The notes beneath the pieces are model-generated. The model saw only the letters and a program-made list of their open reading frames with translations, did not search any database and had not been told where the DNA came from. From the human T2T-CHM13v2.0 reference genome, Homo sapiens, in the NCBI RefSeq assembly GCF_009914755.1, contig NC_060925.1: a DNA stretch of 64,000 bases, one strand, 5' to 3'. This document shows positions 12,829 to 27,789 of the stretch, one piece after another. The position numbers were made by a program, and so were the translations under genes. The first letter of the stretch is position 1, and each line of letters starts with the position of its first letter.

Positions 12829-15800
12829 GAGTGCAAGGGGAAGGATTCTGGAATTAAGTTTGAGGAGGTTTGGGGATGATGAATTTTTCTGCCATGAGCC
12901 CTCTTTTTTCTTCTCCTCAACTACTATTAATAATTATAATTGTTGGGCAAATTCTTGCATCTGTCCTCAAGAGTGTTAAGAAAATCCAGCCCTTGGCTTC
13001 AGTGCCCTATAAACAAGATAATCCCCTTGGCCACCCTCCCCCCAACCTGCTTCATTGTGTGCAGCAAGTTCAGTGGGATGCAAGCCCATGTGACAGCTGT
13101 TTCACACTTACTTAGGACGTGAGCTACCATTTCAAATTACATGTGTGTATGGCTTTCCCTGCAAGGAGGAGAACTTTGCTCATTATCTGAATAAGTGTTT
13201 GTCTGGTAGCAGCTTTAACAGAGACTCTGGGCTGGGTTCGATAATTGTGAGTGTTGATTACAGGGGCTGCTTTTGGTCTCCCAGCGGTTCTTTGAAAAAC
13301 CATTAATTTGATCATTTTGGGTGGAGAGTTTAAGGGAACCACTTGCAGTTGGCTGCATTGTGTTTGCCTGGCTCCCTTTTGAGTGTTTTGAGACTTGGGG
13401 AAATAAAAAAGTAAAAGAAACTACTACCAACAAAGATGCCTTTATAATACAGTCTAGCCCTGAGCAGGGGGAGCTGAGAGAGAGGGAGACGCAAGCACCA
13501 CAACAGGGAAATTTTTTCTATGCATGTTGATTACTTGTATGTGGTATTGACATTGTCTGTGACTTAAGTCCCATTATGTGTCTAATTATGGTGAGTGCTG
13601 AATATATACTCACAGCCTTAACTAGATTCGGCCCTTGAAGCCTGCCTCCTTCCCACCCTACCCCCATGTTTTCATTCAAGGTCTAGAGGGATTTTCACTC
13701 TGTAAAAGGTACCACTAATTCTGATAAGTCTTTACATTGTTAAGGCACTCTAAGCTTTCAGAATATTGTAATATATACTATTTCGTTAGATCTTCTCAGT
13801 GACTCTGAAATAGGCATGGCAGATGTCACTATCATAATTGCCATTATTGTTGTTGTTATTTTAAATGAGGAAATTGAAGTTCAGAAAAATTGTATAGCTT
13901 CTTAAAGATTACACAATGAAAGGCAATAGAATTGCAAGGCTAAATGGGAATAAAAAGGGAAGGGAAAAAGAAAAAGAGGGAAAGATGTAACAACAATTGG
14001 TTGGCTATTAAGTACCAAATGCTTTACATATTGCTTTTCTCTCCATAACAATATATTAAATAAGCATTCTTATTTTCTCCTTTTTATGGATGAGCTGGAG
14101 CTCAGAAAGGTTGAATACTTTGGCCAAGATTAGTAAGAGGTAGGGCCAGGATTCAGACCCTGTTCTATCTGACTTCAAAGCTCACAATAATCTAGTCTAC
14201 ACTGCACTGTACTATTCTATACCATATACCAGTGTTCTAGTCTATACCACAGCATGCTATTCTGTATTGTAAAGCATTGTTAACTGGAATCCAGAGCTTC
14301 TGGTCCTCTGAGACCTAGATCCATGCACCAAGGTTTAGAAAGAATTAAAACCAAGAATTAGGAAGTTCACCCCAGGTTGGACAATAGGAGAGCCCTGAGA
14401 ATTGAGGAATTCGGAGACTTAATTTAGCTCCACCACTGATAGACTAAATATTCTAATGGAAAGTGAATTTATGAAACTGTGTGATTCAGTCTGTCCATAT
14501 GCCCCATAGGTACATGTGGCTTTGTAATAAGGCCTCTTTCAGCCTCATTTTCTCATACATAAAATGAGGATAATAGTAGCTACCTTATGGCCTTAGCTAC
14601 TTTGTTGTATGTATCCAATTAAGTGATGTTCATAACCTTCTGAGTGGGTGTTCATTAAATGTAACTTCTCTCTCTCCACATTCCTTTTCTTTCTTTATTG
14701 GGTATTTTCCCCCAACTCCTCTTGCCAACTCTTCCATTCAGGACTTTATGAACATGGGATATTTTTCAATCCCTGCCTCTAGGATCCATGAGAAGAATAA
14801 ATGAGTTGAAAGAATGCCAAAGGCCTGGCCTAGTGTCTGGCTCATGTAGGAATTCAATGATGCTAGTTGTGAGGCTGGGTTGGAGTATACTTCTGCAGTG
14901 CTCTGAGAGTCTCTTGTGTTTTATTCCAAGGATAGAATAAAATAATCCATTGTCCTGTGATGTTGCTGAGGATATCAATTACAGGTGTTTGAAATTTTCT
15001 CCTCCTGGTACTTTCTCTGTCTCCTCTGAATTTCTTTATTCTGTTGATTTAAATCTCTGTTTTCTGTGTTACAGACTGCCCTTTAAATGTCCCAGGGGCA
15101 GGCAAGTGAATTGTTTTTGAGATTCAAGTGTCCTTTTTGTTTGTTTTTAAAGGAACATAGTCTAAGGTCTGTGTTCATCTGAGCCTAGGAGATGGATGCA
15201 TAGTCCACCCTCTCCTGTTAAATGGAGTGTTATCTGGTTGGTGGATTTTCCAGGCTCTTTATATCTCCTTCAGCCCACTCATTGTATTACTGCTTCCTTG
15301 TACTTAGTTACATCTCCTCAAAAGATGTAACAGCAGAGAAAGAGTGGAAAGATGAAGTCTATTTATCCTATTACCAATCAGTAGTTGGTTTGAAAAGGCT
15401 CAATGGAGTTAGGAGGAGATTTTTGGCACATCTGTAACCTTCAGTCACTTATGACTTGTGTGACTTTTGTTGATAGTTGAAAGTCAGACTGTATTTTATA
15501 GGGCACTTGACGCAATAGAGATAATTTAAAAGTTATAGCTGTATGACCATGGCAATGGTTTCACAGGTACAAACGTTTCCCCAAACCCATCAAGATATAG
15601 CCATTAAATATGGATAGCTTTTTATTTGTCAATCATGCCTCCATAGAGGTTTTTAAATACATAAATATTTGTTAAAAATAAAAATTGAAAAAAACTTTTT
15701 TTACATATGAGCTTTTGGTGACAGTTTTCAAAGATAAAGTCTTCAAATAGTGATAGAACTGCTTTCCAAATGAGAAATTTCCAGATTAGTAAAGGAGAAA

Positions 15801-15904
15801 TGGCATCTCTGGTTAGAAATGGGAAACTGAAGCCAAAGTAAGAGTGAACTTATGCATTAATTGACAAGTTTTATTTCCAAGGGACAAACAAAGTTATATA
15901 ATGA

Positions 15905-16069
<165 letters not shown>

Positions 16070-16760
16070 TAAGATCCATGTCTGTAAGCTTGGCCCTGGA
16101 GTAGCATTTTTAAAACTCCTCTGTATATTCAGTCCATTTTTAACCCACCAAAGCAAATGCGTACCCCTCTAAGTGTTGGGAATTTACTCCCTTGCTGCTT
16201 GGCATCAGCCAGGGAATGCAAACTTGGGAGTGGCACTGGATCTCCAGGAAGGCTTTGTTGATTTGCCTGACTCAGGCAGCAGACCTCTAATGGGGTAGGT
16301 GGGATAGACGGTGTCAGAAGAGAGCTAGTATGCATAGCGTTGCACTAGAGTCTCAAAGGAGGCACAGTATCTTTGCCCTCAAAGTTCACAGACCTGTATT
16401 TTTTCCATAAACTTGTTCCTTCTAAAGATGACTTGGAGAGCTCAGGGTAACTCTCTTTGAATATTAGAGGGCCAGCGTGTGCTAGAGGGGTTCCTAGATC
16501 TGCTCTTTTTGGCATTTAAGTGCAGACTTCAGGCCACTCAGTAGAAGACTAGGGAGGCTGGTTTTGTGTGCAGGGTACCCTTCTCCAGTACATCCTTTAC
16601 CCTTCTACCTGGGGATAGAGAGCAGGCATGGGAAGGCTTAGGAGATGGGCCTCACTGGCCAGCCCATCAGCTGGAATTGGGGTTAACAAAGACAGAGACT
16701 GTGTCCCATTTATCGGAATGAGGGATAAATACACAAATACTAGTGCTTAGATTTTTCTAA

Positions 16761-17069
<309 letters not shown>

Positions 17070-19879
17070 TAAATACTGCAATTCTTAGTTACAGCACAGC
17101 TTGGCTTGACTGGGATCAGCTTATGTCTACTGGATAGAATCTTATTTTAGAAAAACACCTTGACTTTGTGACTCAGGCATCCTCTCTGTCTGCTGAGGCA
17201 GGGGACACATTTTATAAGATGTGCTTCATCCATAGAGATTCCAGACAGTCCTGAGTAACCCCATCCATGTAAAGAGCCAGCCATCTGTAGTCAGATGTCC
17301 TCTGCATTTTCAGGGACTTTGGGTGTTTGTTTTTATTTCACATGAAAGTTTTTCAAAGGACTCATTGAGTTGTGTTTCATAGAGAGATGATTCATACTTA
17401 GCCCCACCTTTGTCTTCATCAGTGTTTATTTCCTGAGCCACTGAACACAGGGTATACTAATGGCCACCTCTGTGTCCTACAAATAAATAGGGACATCTGG
17501 GCAGGTTAATATGATGTGTTTCCCCTGCACAGTCTCGTGGAGCTGTACAGAGGTGTACATATGATAAATATAAGTAAAAAATTGACAGCTGAGACCCAGA
17601 CTTTGAGTAAAAGTTTCTTAAACATACTGAAATATCTTTGGACTCTAGCAAATATCATAAATTAGTTGTTTTTAAGCTTTGGGGGGCCTAAATGTTGTTC
17701 AAATGCCTGTTCTTACCAAAATGAGTTTTTCAGTGAATGTGTTTAAAAATAAATTTGATGGAATTAAGTGATTCAAAGATGAGAAATTATGAATTCACCA
17801 AATTGACTTTCTTATTTTAATTATTTATAGTTTAATTAAAAATTAAGCTAAAGAAGGCAAGCCAGTGAATTCATGGTTTCTCATCACTTGGAAAAGGATT
17901 TCTCCCCACATCCATCATTACTGATTTACTTCTTCATCGAGGACCTGGGATTTTGAGATGTGAGATCAATTTTAAGGATGTTCTGGCTCCTAGGAGCGAC
18001 CTTGACACTTTTTATCATATCCAGAGAAAGTGTTTGGCGTAATGACTCCCACGAGGCCTCACTTCAATGAAAACTATTTTTCTAAAGTTAGATATGGAGG
18101 ATACATCTAAAACCTTAGTGAGAATTTTCTGAGTCTCAGGTGATTTTGGATTTAGAATTGGAAACACAACATGCTTTTAAAACCTTTTTTTTTTAGAGGA
18201 TTGCCCAACAAACTTCAGTGGTTAGTCTTTTAAGAAATATGTGTCATCCTGTCATATTATCACAATCACCAAGTCTCTGAGAAACCATACACTATTGAGG
18301 GCAAAGAAAATATTGTCAAAAATTGATGGCCAAATGGTTGGCTTATTCCAGCAAATACTACAGAGAACAGGGAAGACAGGTGAATTTGCCTCCAGGTGAC
18401 ACTGTGTTATAGATAGATGTTCCCTTTTCAGAACAGTTCTGTGACACAGTATAGAAGTTTGATTTTTAAAAGTCAGATTAACAAAGACTACCTCTGCAAA
18501 TAGAAAGCAGAGAGCCACACGATATAAAGAGCATCGCCATTGCCTATACCTCCCCCACCCTCCCTAAACAGCATCCAGTTTTCTACCTCTGACCCCTACT
18601 CTAGAGTTCTTCCCTCTTTTCCCTTATTTTGTGTTAGAATGTATAAACATGACAAGAAAGGAAAACAGAATGAATCTTTGCTTTTCTCCCTACATTGGGA
18701 GTAGGGAGAGATAAACTAGGGACTAGAGTGGAGACAGTAGAATAAGGGCAGAAGGTAAAGATGAAAGGTAGCAGCACTGCAGGCACAAGAAACCCTGTCC
18801 TTCCTTCTGGCTTTCTGTAGAGGAGGTCCACATTGCCCATCAAAGTGTAGTCAACCCCCATCATAGAGCCTAGGAATCAACACTTCATTGGAGAGGGAAT
18901 TCTCCCACCCACTTTCAGTTGCATTTTAATTTTAGCCTCTCTTCAAGTTGTAAATAGTCTCATAGGGCTCTTCATTTTGTTAGTGCTGTTGAAAAGCTCT
19001 GCCCTGCTCATGCAGTCTGAAAGCCTCAATTGATCTCCTGGGATTCATGATGTGCACAATCAAGACAGGGTGGAGACTCCTCGTAGCACTGTCTGCCAGG
19101 GAGCTTAGTGGATGGTAAAGAAGAGGGACTTCTCTGGCAGCGCTGAGATCAACGCAAAATTACAGTGTCCCACTCTGGCCCCAAATCCAAACTGTCCTAT
19201 GTCTGCATCCTCCTCCAGTACCAAGGCCAGTTCCCTGCCTCATATCTCCTTGCCTTGACCCTCACCTCTAAAACTGAAATGTTATCCCAAAGTGGCAATA
19301 AGCATGCACAGTATGGAATTTTGTGCCACATGGCTTCATGGCAGAGTTTTTTGGTGGCTAACTTACCAGGCTTTTGCATGAAACATAATAAAACGCCAGG
19401 AGGCTTAAATACTGGGAAATGACATTTCATCAGAAAATGAATGACCTTTCTAGGAACTTACAAACAAGTGAGACCCCAATCATTTCACTTTGATTCCAGA
19501 TTCTTCATTATGGGTGCCACTTTGGGTATGGGAGTGGGAGGGGGTAATACAGGGATTTGGAAGCCAAAGCTAGGTGCTTCATATTTAATTTGCATCACAA
19601 TTGCTAGGTTATTAATTTTCTGCATGGCAAGTGGGATGAACCCCAAGCCCAGGAAGTTTTCCCAGCTTTCCTTCTAGATATGGGCTACATTTATGGGTGA
19701 GTGAATCTCCCTGATAGAGGTAAATTTTAAGCCTCCCTTTGGCCAACTGTTTACCTATCTGTCAGAGGACAAGGATGCCTGAGAAAGTACTACACCTCAA
19801 AACAGAACAACCCCAGGGAATAGGGAGTCCCAGTCTGTGTTTGCATTAGCCTCCAGGCAAGATCCTGTACTGCCGGTGA

Positions 19880-20020
<141 letters not shown>

Positions 20021-21329
20021 TAAATCAAGGGCCCGGTGGGGGACAGCTGTTACCCAGATAATCTCTGGCTTAGCAACCTAAGCATGCAAGACCTGAAGAT
20101 GCTTTGAACCCCTTCTTGCCTAAGGGTGCTCCCCTGAGGTCTTGTCACAGTGTGACCTTGGGAATTTCACATGTGCAGTGGCTCCCCATTTTAGCTTGCC
20201 TAAGTATTCAGGGTAGTCTGGTACAGGGGCTTCATCTCAGGTTGTCAGATCATGGTGCTAATTCATAAGCAGCTGGGCTTCTGTGGTGACAGCCATAGAA
20301 CTAAAGCAAAGATGACACCATTGTTCTTAGCCAGAAAGATCCCCCAGGAGACTAAGGATCTATTTCTCAGGATCTCTGGTATTTTGACTTGGCCTAAAAG
20401 AAGGTCAGATGTTAGTTCTTCCTGTATATGGTGACACCAAATCACCACATATAGTCATGGCTGTCTTATAGAGTCTTATACTTACACAGTCTTGACTGGC
20501 TGAGATTTATGCCCTAAGATACATCACTGTGAACAACTCATGGAGTTCCTGGCAGCCCGTTCATTCCTAGGGAGACTCAAGGGCCACATTCCAGCTAATT
20601 AGGCCATGCAACTTCCTGGACAGTTCCCTTGTTTTCCCATCCCAGGTATTTATGCAGGTAGCCAGAGGCCTACTAAGCAGAAGAAGCCAAAGGATCTTTC
20701 AAAGATGATGGTGGTTCTTGGTGGGTGAATTCCTACTGTAAATAACCAGCAGCACATCCCATGAACCTATCTGGTTGGAGACACAGGCTTTCTGCTTGTC
20801 TCCAGAGGGCTAACTTTCTGACTTGGAGATATTGTGACTAGATCCCAGCATAGAACTTCGGCTATGTGACAGCCTCCTGCAGTCAGGCAGTCTGGCTGCC
20901 TTGGGCCTGCCGGCTGCCTTCCCAACTGTGTTGCCACCTGGAGCTGCTGCTGGAGTGTCCCAGCCTTGCTGTGTCTGCAGCCTTTTCCAGACCCTTTCTG
21001 AAATGTCTCTTCCTTTCACTCTTCTCTCTTGCCTGTACTTCTTGGTTTCATTCTTTAACTCTATTACTGGAGAATTTTGTTCTCTAAAAATACAATAGAA
21101 TGTCAAGTGTCAAAATGTGTGAGACTTGGTTGAGAAGTAGTGGGTTCTCCTTCACTGAGGATATTTCAGTAGGAATTTAATGATCATGTTGGCAGTGTTG
21201 GAAATAGAATTCCTGCTGAAGTTTCATATTGGCTTTGTAACGTTCATGAAGTCCTGTCTAACTCCAATATATTTGATTCTGGAATTAAAATATTCTTGAA
21301 GAGCCAAATGAAAGCTTGATTTAAATTAT

Positions 21330-21500
21330 TTTTTCAAAATTGATTTTTTATTGATGTATAATTGTAGATATTTTTGGGGTACATGTGATAATTTGATGCT
21401 CGTATACAATGTGTAATGATCAAATCAGGGTAATTGGTTTATCCATCACCTCAAACATTTATATCTTATTTATGTTGGAAACATTATAATTCTTCTCATC
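21330..21500 (-). mobile_element. Old L1 (L1M) 3' fragment
   Basis: ttgatgtataattgtagatattttggggtacatgtgata...atccatcacctcaaacattta. Confidence 0.7.
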
Positions 21501-22821
21501 TGGTTATCATGAAGTTCCTTTTGCCTATGCTCAAAATAGTTCTTACCCCTTTTCATCTTCAAATAAAATAAACTAGAATAACACCATCTCCAGTACTGAT
21601 CTGGTATGAATATTGTTGATTCTGATAATGGTGATAATGCTGTTTATCATTATTTAAATTCCTTGGTGTACAAGACGCTGTACTAAATGTATGCATAGAG
21701 AGAGAGTGAGGGGGGAGAAAGGGAGGGAGTGAAAGGAAGAGAGAGTGAGCATGTCCAGGCAAGACATATGACTAATGTTTCTGAGTAATGTGAAAACGTT
21801 TATAGGTGAGTTTCATTGTCTCCATTGATGCTTAGCATAGTTAAGTAACTTATAACATGCTCAAGTTCTCAGACAGTAAGTGAAAGAGGTGAGTTGTAAG
21901 ATCAGCTCTGTCTGCTCCCTAGCCCATGTTCATAACTCTATACTGTGTCTCATCCCACCAGACAAGCAGACACAAGTATTTATTTTTACCCTCTAGTTGG
22001 AGGTAGAAGTTGTTCAATTATGAAATTGTAGTCTTCACAATAACTGTATGGTCTAACATCTTATTCCCCTCAGATTTCTTTCCAAAGGATAATAGCACCA
22101 TGTCCATTCCACAGAGACATGAATGACATTTCTGCTATGACTTGCTTTGAGCTGGCCATCCCCATCCTGGTCTATGACAGAGACACAGCACCAAGCACAA
22201 AGCAGACACCTGAGCTTGTTGCTAGAGAGACTGTTTCTAATATAGTCACAACAAAACTGAGGGATCTGTACAAATAATAAACGCAAGGGCAGAGACAAGC
22301 TTTTGGAAAAATATTAATAGCAACAAGGTATGTCTATGAGAAAAACCATTATTATTCCAAACTTTCAAAGGCGCCTTGGAAAAAGGGACCTTTGCAGAAG
22401 AATCGGAAGTTCGAAAGGAGGAGTAACTTGCTGGGGATGAGAAAGAGCCCTGTGGCTACGTGGTGTCAGGAAGTGGGATTGTCAGCCTCAGCTCCTTCAC
22501 TGAACAACTGTGTGAACTTGGTGAAGTCACTGTATCTCTCTTCACCTTAACTCCCTCACCAGTACAGTGGAGGTGTTGGTTAGAGACCTTCACAAGTCTC
22601 TTCTAGTTCTAAAGTTCTGTAATCCCAACTGAAATGGATTTAAATCTATACTCTCATGAGATTTTTCTATGAGGCCTCAGCATCCCTTCTTTCTCTTCCA
22701 TACCCTGTTGATGGAGGTTTAAGTTAGTGACAAGGACTAAGTGAAAAGTTGAAAAAAAAAAAAAAGTACAAAAAATTTAAGAACATCTTCACAATAAATA
22801 TGTGTTTTTGACTTAAATTAT

Positions 22822-22974
22822 GTTTGTTTTGTTCTGCTTTTTGGTTTTTTTTTTTTGTAAAGATGAGGTCTCACTGTGTTGCCCAGGCTTGTCTTGAACT
22901 CCTGGGCTCAAGCAGTCCTCTCACCTCAGCCCCACAAAGTGCTGGGATTACAGGTGTGAGCCACCATGCCCGGC
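22822..22974 (-). mobile_element. Alu monomer (FLAM/AluJ left arm), antisense, with target-site duplication
   Basis: T tail, gcccaggc..aactcctgggctcaagc..gctgggattacaggtgtgagccacc; tgacttaaattat on both sides. Confidence 0.9.
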
Positions 22975-24688
22975 TTGACTTGACTTAAATTATCTTAGAT
23001 TCAAAATAGTTTTGGTTTCTTGGACTATTACACACATACTTTGTGCAAAATCGCAGTGTGCTCTGCAGTTAGTTTGTGATTGGATGAGGTGTTTGAGAAA
23101 ATCATAATGAATTCAACTCATGATACCTCCAGAAGTGTCATAGGGAAAAAAGACACTGTAAGTTGTATGTCTGTGGTGAATCAGGGATAAATCATGAATT
23201 CCAAACCAAGAGGGAAGAAGAGGGCAGGAAATGTGAACAGGGCAAGGATAAATGTCAGTGCCCTCCTGGGGTATCCAGAGTTAATTAGATTTGACTGCTT
23301 GGGTGGGATTTTTTAAATGCTACTATTTGTCTCTTTGGGGCCCTCTAGCTTCTTCTTCTCTTTCCATTCTTCTCTGCTGCTGCCTCACTTGCCACCTCCA
23401 TTCTCCCTGAGAGACAAGTAGTATTTGGGTTTTGAAAAACAGCATTGAGAACAAATTCCCAGAGCAGGTGTCAGTGGGAGTTACTTGAGCAAAATAGCTG
23501 GGGGCAGAGATTGTTCCTCAATTGCACATTCTAAAAACTGTGAGGGGGAAAATGTGTTCCATTTAGCATACATTGGATAAACTGAAGCATGTTCAATGCA
23601 GGCTGAAAATTGTCTCAAATGACTGGAAAAGTAACCCAGTAAGTCCGCGATTGTCTCAACATTGACTTGTGAGAATAGGTCCTGATACCCAAAATGTGGT
23701 TGGGGAAGGAGGGTGCATGTGAAAGCCTCCTTTTCATCTGAAGAGTGGAGGGGTTGACCTTGGATCCAGGCAGTGCTGTGTCTGGGAGTTCATCATTACT
23801 CAGTCTCTGTGGATAAAGATCTCTGAGTGTTCCCTCTTTTGAATGTTCACAGTGATTACATTCTAAGCTCAGTAGCCAGCAGCAGATCAGCAAATCTCAT
23901 TCTGTCACCCAGAATCTGCCCAAAGCCATTTTCTGTTTTCCTTTTCAAAGTGCCCAGTTGGCCCGACTTTCTCCATCCTATTGGCCTGGACTTCATTTTA
24001 GCTCCTGCATAAATGTTTCCTTTTGGATGGGATTTGGGTCTGTTGGATGATACATGTGGATATATATAAATATATGCATGTGGATATATGTGTGTTCAAT
24101 CTCATAGATTCTACATTAATGACATACAGACCTTCTAAGATGTGACTCAATGGATAGAAACATATCTAAGGAAGATAGAGATGCCACTCTCTAACCTGAT
24201 CTGCTTGTAAATTGCAGGGTGGCATCTGCCCAAGCCATAAATGATGTCTTCTTGCAAATCTGAATGCTCCCATCATGACTACCTGAGACAGGAAGAGAGG
24301 GGTAGCTCCTTCTGTGCACTCCTGCTGTGAGATAATGTCTTTGACAGACGCTTGAGTACCATGGTGACAGGTACCATGGAACTAAAAGACCAGATTAGGT
24401 GTAGGAGGAACTATGTACAGGCAGAATGACTTCAAAAGAGCTTGCGTTCTACGTTATGCTCGGACCTTGCTGCATGGGTCCCCTTTGCTGCACTAGAGCA
24501 GTGGAGGATAATTATTCTTGCATATCAGCCCAAAAGCACAGTATCCAGCAGCTCTCTGGGTCTGAGTTGTCTGCTTCAGGGGTAGGTCATCGGGAAGAGC
24601 CATGCAAGTGGCTTTGCCAACCCTCATGTGCTGGACACATCACACAGCTTGGTAATGCTCACTGTTTTCTGTTGTTTCTCTCCTCAAG

Positions 24689-24780
24689 GTATTTGGAAAC
24701 ATAAAATTAGACGAGGAGAGTCACATCAACCGGCACAACAACTTCCGGAGTTTCTTTGGGTCCCTAATGCTACTCTTCAG
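24689..24780 (+). CDS. CACNA1E: Exon ~36, domain IV S5-P loop ([30 protein letters not shown])
   Basis: ctcaag|GTA..TTCAG|gtacct, 92 nt; AAG acceptor. Confidence 0.97.
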
Positions 24781-24961
24781 GTACCTGGATGCGTAACTGT
24801 CATAGCTGGGGTTCTCCTGATGGAGGGAGAGAGAGTTTGTCTGCCTCTTCCTCCCATTTCCCTTTGTATCTTTATTCCACTTCCTTTGCTCCTGTCAGTA
24901 GAAAGGGGAACAGGCAATGTCTTTGCCAAACTGCCCCTATAACATTAGACAGTTTTGTCTT

Positions 24962-25051
24962 GTCTACAGCCATACCACCATGAATGTGCCTGATCTTGTC
25001 TGGTCTTGGAAGCTAAGCAGGGTTGGGTCTGCTAAATACTTGGGTGGGAGA
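24962..25051 (+). pseudogene. 5S rRNA pseudogene, 3'-truncated (~nt 1-90), intronic, sense
   Basis: gtctacagccataccaccatgaatgtgcctgatcttgtctggtcttggaagctaagcagggttggg...tacttgggtgggaga is colinear with human 5S rRNA; many mismatches are CpG>TpG/CpA. Confidence 0.95.
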
Positions 25052-25461
25052 AAATTTCATCAATGTCTTTGGCTCAGCAGTTAATTTGCAAATTTTAACT
25101 TCAACATGGCCTGCAAGGGTTTGGGAGGGGGGAATGTCAGGACAGTGTTTGCAGACCAAATTCCACTTAAGGGCTGAAACCTTGGATAGCCAGGTTTATG
25201 CTGGGTCTTAGAGAATCCCATGACTAGTAGCAGAGACCCCATAAAAGATGGAGACGCAGTGGATGGGGTAGCAGAACCCAAAACAGACCTCAGTGGGACT
25301 CTTTATCTCTGCATGGAAAGCACTAGAAGGGGTCAACTGGGTAAAAAGAGAGCCTGTTGGGCCCAGACAAGAGCGAGGATGGGGAAATTGGGAAAGAGGA
25401 CCAAGAATATGATAGGATCTGCAGAGCTGCTCCTGCTAACCAAAATGTCTCTTGGGCTCAG

Positions 25462-25627
25462 GAGTGCCACAGGTGAGGCCTGGCAGGAGATTATGCTGTC
25501 ATGCCTTGGGGAGAAGGGCTGTGAGCCTGACACCACCGCACCATCAGGGCAGAACGAGAATGAACGCTGCGGCACCGATCTGGCCTACGTGTACTTTGTC
25601 TCCTTCATCTTCTTCTGCTCCTTCTTG
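25462..25627 (+). CDS. CACNA1E: Exon ~37, domain IV pore loop and S6 ([12 protein letters not shown]...FFCSFL)
   Basis: gctcag|G..TTCTTG|gtgagc, 166 nt; TGEAW filter glutamate. Confidence 0.98.
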
Positions 25628-27789
25628 GTGAGCAACATTGTGCTTTTGCCTTGCTATGTGGCCCATCCCATCCTACCCCTAACCCTCTGATACATAGACC
25701 GGAGATGTTTGCTTCAGTGTATGTTTGTGCCTCCCTCCCCTCCTCTCTCCACACCCCCACCATGCACACACTCACACTCACGTCCACACCCAGGTTAAGA
25801 ACTAGATCATCCTCTGGAGAACTCTTGGAGATTAGAGTGCCTGTCAGACTCCTGGATGGGTGACTTTCAATGATTGAGAAAAGTCTTTGTTGGTTCTAGG
25901 GAAAGATTGTTGTGAAAAGGGAAGGTGAGCATATTTAAGTGCATTGAGCTTCATATCGAATCTATGGACACTCAGAGTAATCCTTTGTCATACCTCAGGT
26001 ATTTTATCTTATAAGTACGTCTATGGATATCTTCGCTTTGGGAGATTTTTGAACTGCTTGAGAAAAGGTACCTTGAAAATGCAAGGTTATGGCATTGATA
26101 AGAGTAGAATGATGATAATGGAATAAATGTGGTTCTCTCTTGACTTGTAATGTTATTACATTTGATGATAATTGACCAGCTGATAGATGAGAAAGAATGA
26201 GATTGCTTGATTGCTTTGGGTGTTAGTAAATATTGAGTAGTATATGTGGAGCATACCCACCTATAAAGTGGTGGGAAGCCCTACGTGCCTCTGAAGTCTC
26301 TTTTGGAGAAAGCATGACTCAGCACACCCACTTCCAGAAACTTCTACCCTGCATATCAGACAAGCAGTGATAAATAGAATAATAAAAGGGCCAGTTTAGT
26401 GTTTCTGGTCACTCTGAAATTCCTCAGCTCAACTACACTGCTAATGCCACTGGCTGTACAAAAACCTAAAACTAAGACAGTGATGCCACTGAAAAGTGGT
26501 CAATTTCATGGCCATGCATCAAAAAGTGAATTAATTGTCTTATGTCCAGGCATTGCTACCTTGCAAGTGATCCCAAGGGGACTGAAACTTCCCACATGTC
26601 CAGCTCTCCAGTGAGGGGGGTGGGCTACAGAAAGACCATTAAGTGTTGCCTGTAGGTCAGTGTGGCAGGGAGGGAGCTAATGGGAGATGTGGGCAGCCCA
26701 CGCAGTAGTCTTGGCTTTGTTCCTCTGCTAGCCTGGGCCAAGACACTTTCCCTTTTATAGCATCTATAAAATGGGAGAAAAAAATGACTTAATAATAGGA
26801 ACATTTTATACACAATGAACTGATCCATGTGTTTTAATACACTTCCTTCTTATGTATGTGAAAGGTTTTTCAGTAAAAAGAAAAGAATATACAACAGTAT
26901 CTTATTTACAAATATGGAAGTATAATGTATAAAGAAAAAACCCCCTGAAATTTAGAATAATGCTATTGATGGGAGTTTTCCATTTATTCACATCTTCAGC
27001 ACATTTTTATTGAGTGGCCATTGTGATGTTCACTCTCAGCAAGGCCCATCCCTCAGTCACCAGTAGTCAAGGGGTGAAACCAGCTCACAGCTTCCAGGAA
27101 TCGGTGCTCACTGCTAGGGTGAAATGGAGCAGATAGAAGCGCATGTGGACATCTTACTTTTATCTTATATGGTTTAAGTGTTTCATAATAAATATTTAAA
27201 AGAAACCAAAGATATAACTGGAAATTAATTAGGGACCTTAAAGGTACTTTTGGAATTTTGAGACAGAGGGTGCTGCATAATTCACATTACTGTTATTTTT
27301 AATGAGGCTATATTCAGCACGAGATGATCTGCTTTCAGATCTATATGAGACTGACTGTGACCTTGGACAAGTCACACAGCTTCTCAACTCAAACCAGCCA
27401 CTCTACAGAGATTTACTGATGCCTCTACGATGTGCCCGAGGCCTTGTGCTGGAAGCTAAGAACAAAAAATGTGAATCCAAAGCAATTCTGTCCTTGAAGG
27501 GTGATGGTAATTAAACCTGCCTCACAAAGAGTTGGAGCAAGCGTAACAACAAGTAATAGGTGTGACTGCACACGCTACACTCTTAATGACTGTTCAAATG
27601 AAAGGCAGTAACAGTGCTAACAGTTTTCATTGACATTAATAATAGGTACCCCGAAAAGTATACAAAAGAAATGTCTGGATACATGGAAAACCCTTTCTGT
27701 CTCTTGTAAGTGAAAGGGTCCTGCCTGATAGGTAGTAGTTGAACAAGTTCACTGTGGCTCCAACCTCAGAGGCAGAAAGACAGGCCCAT

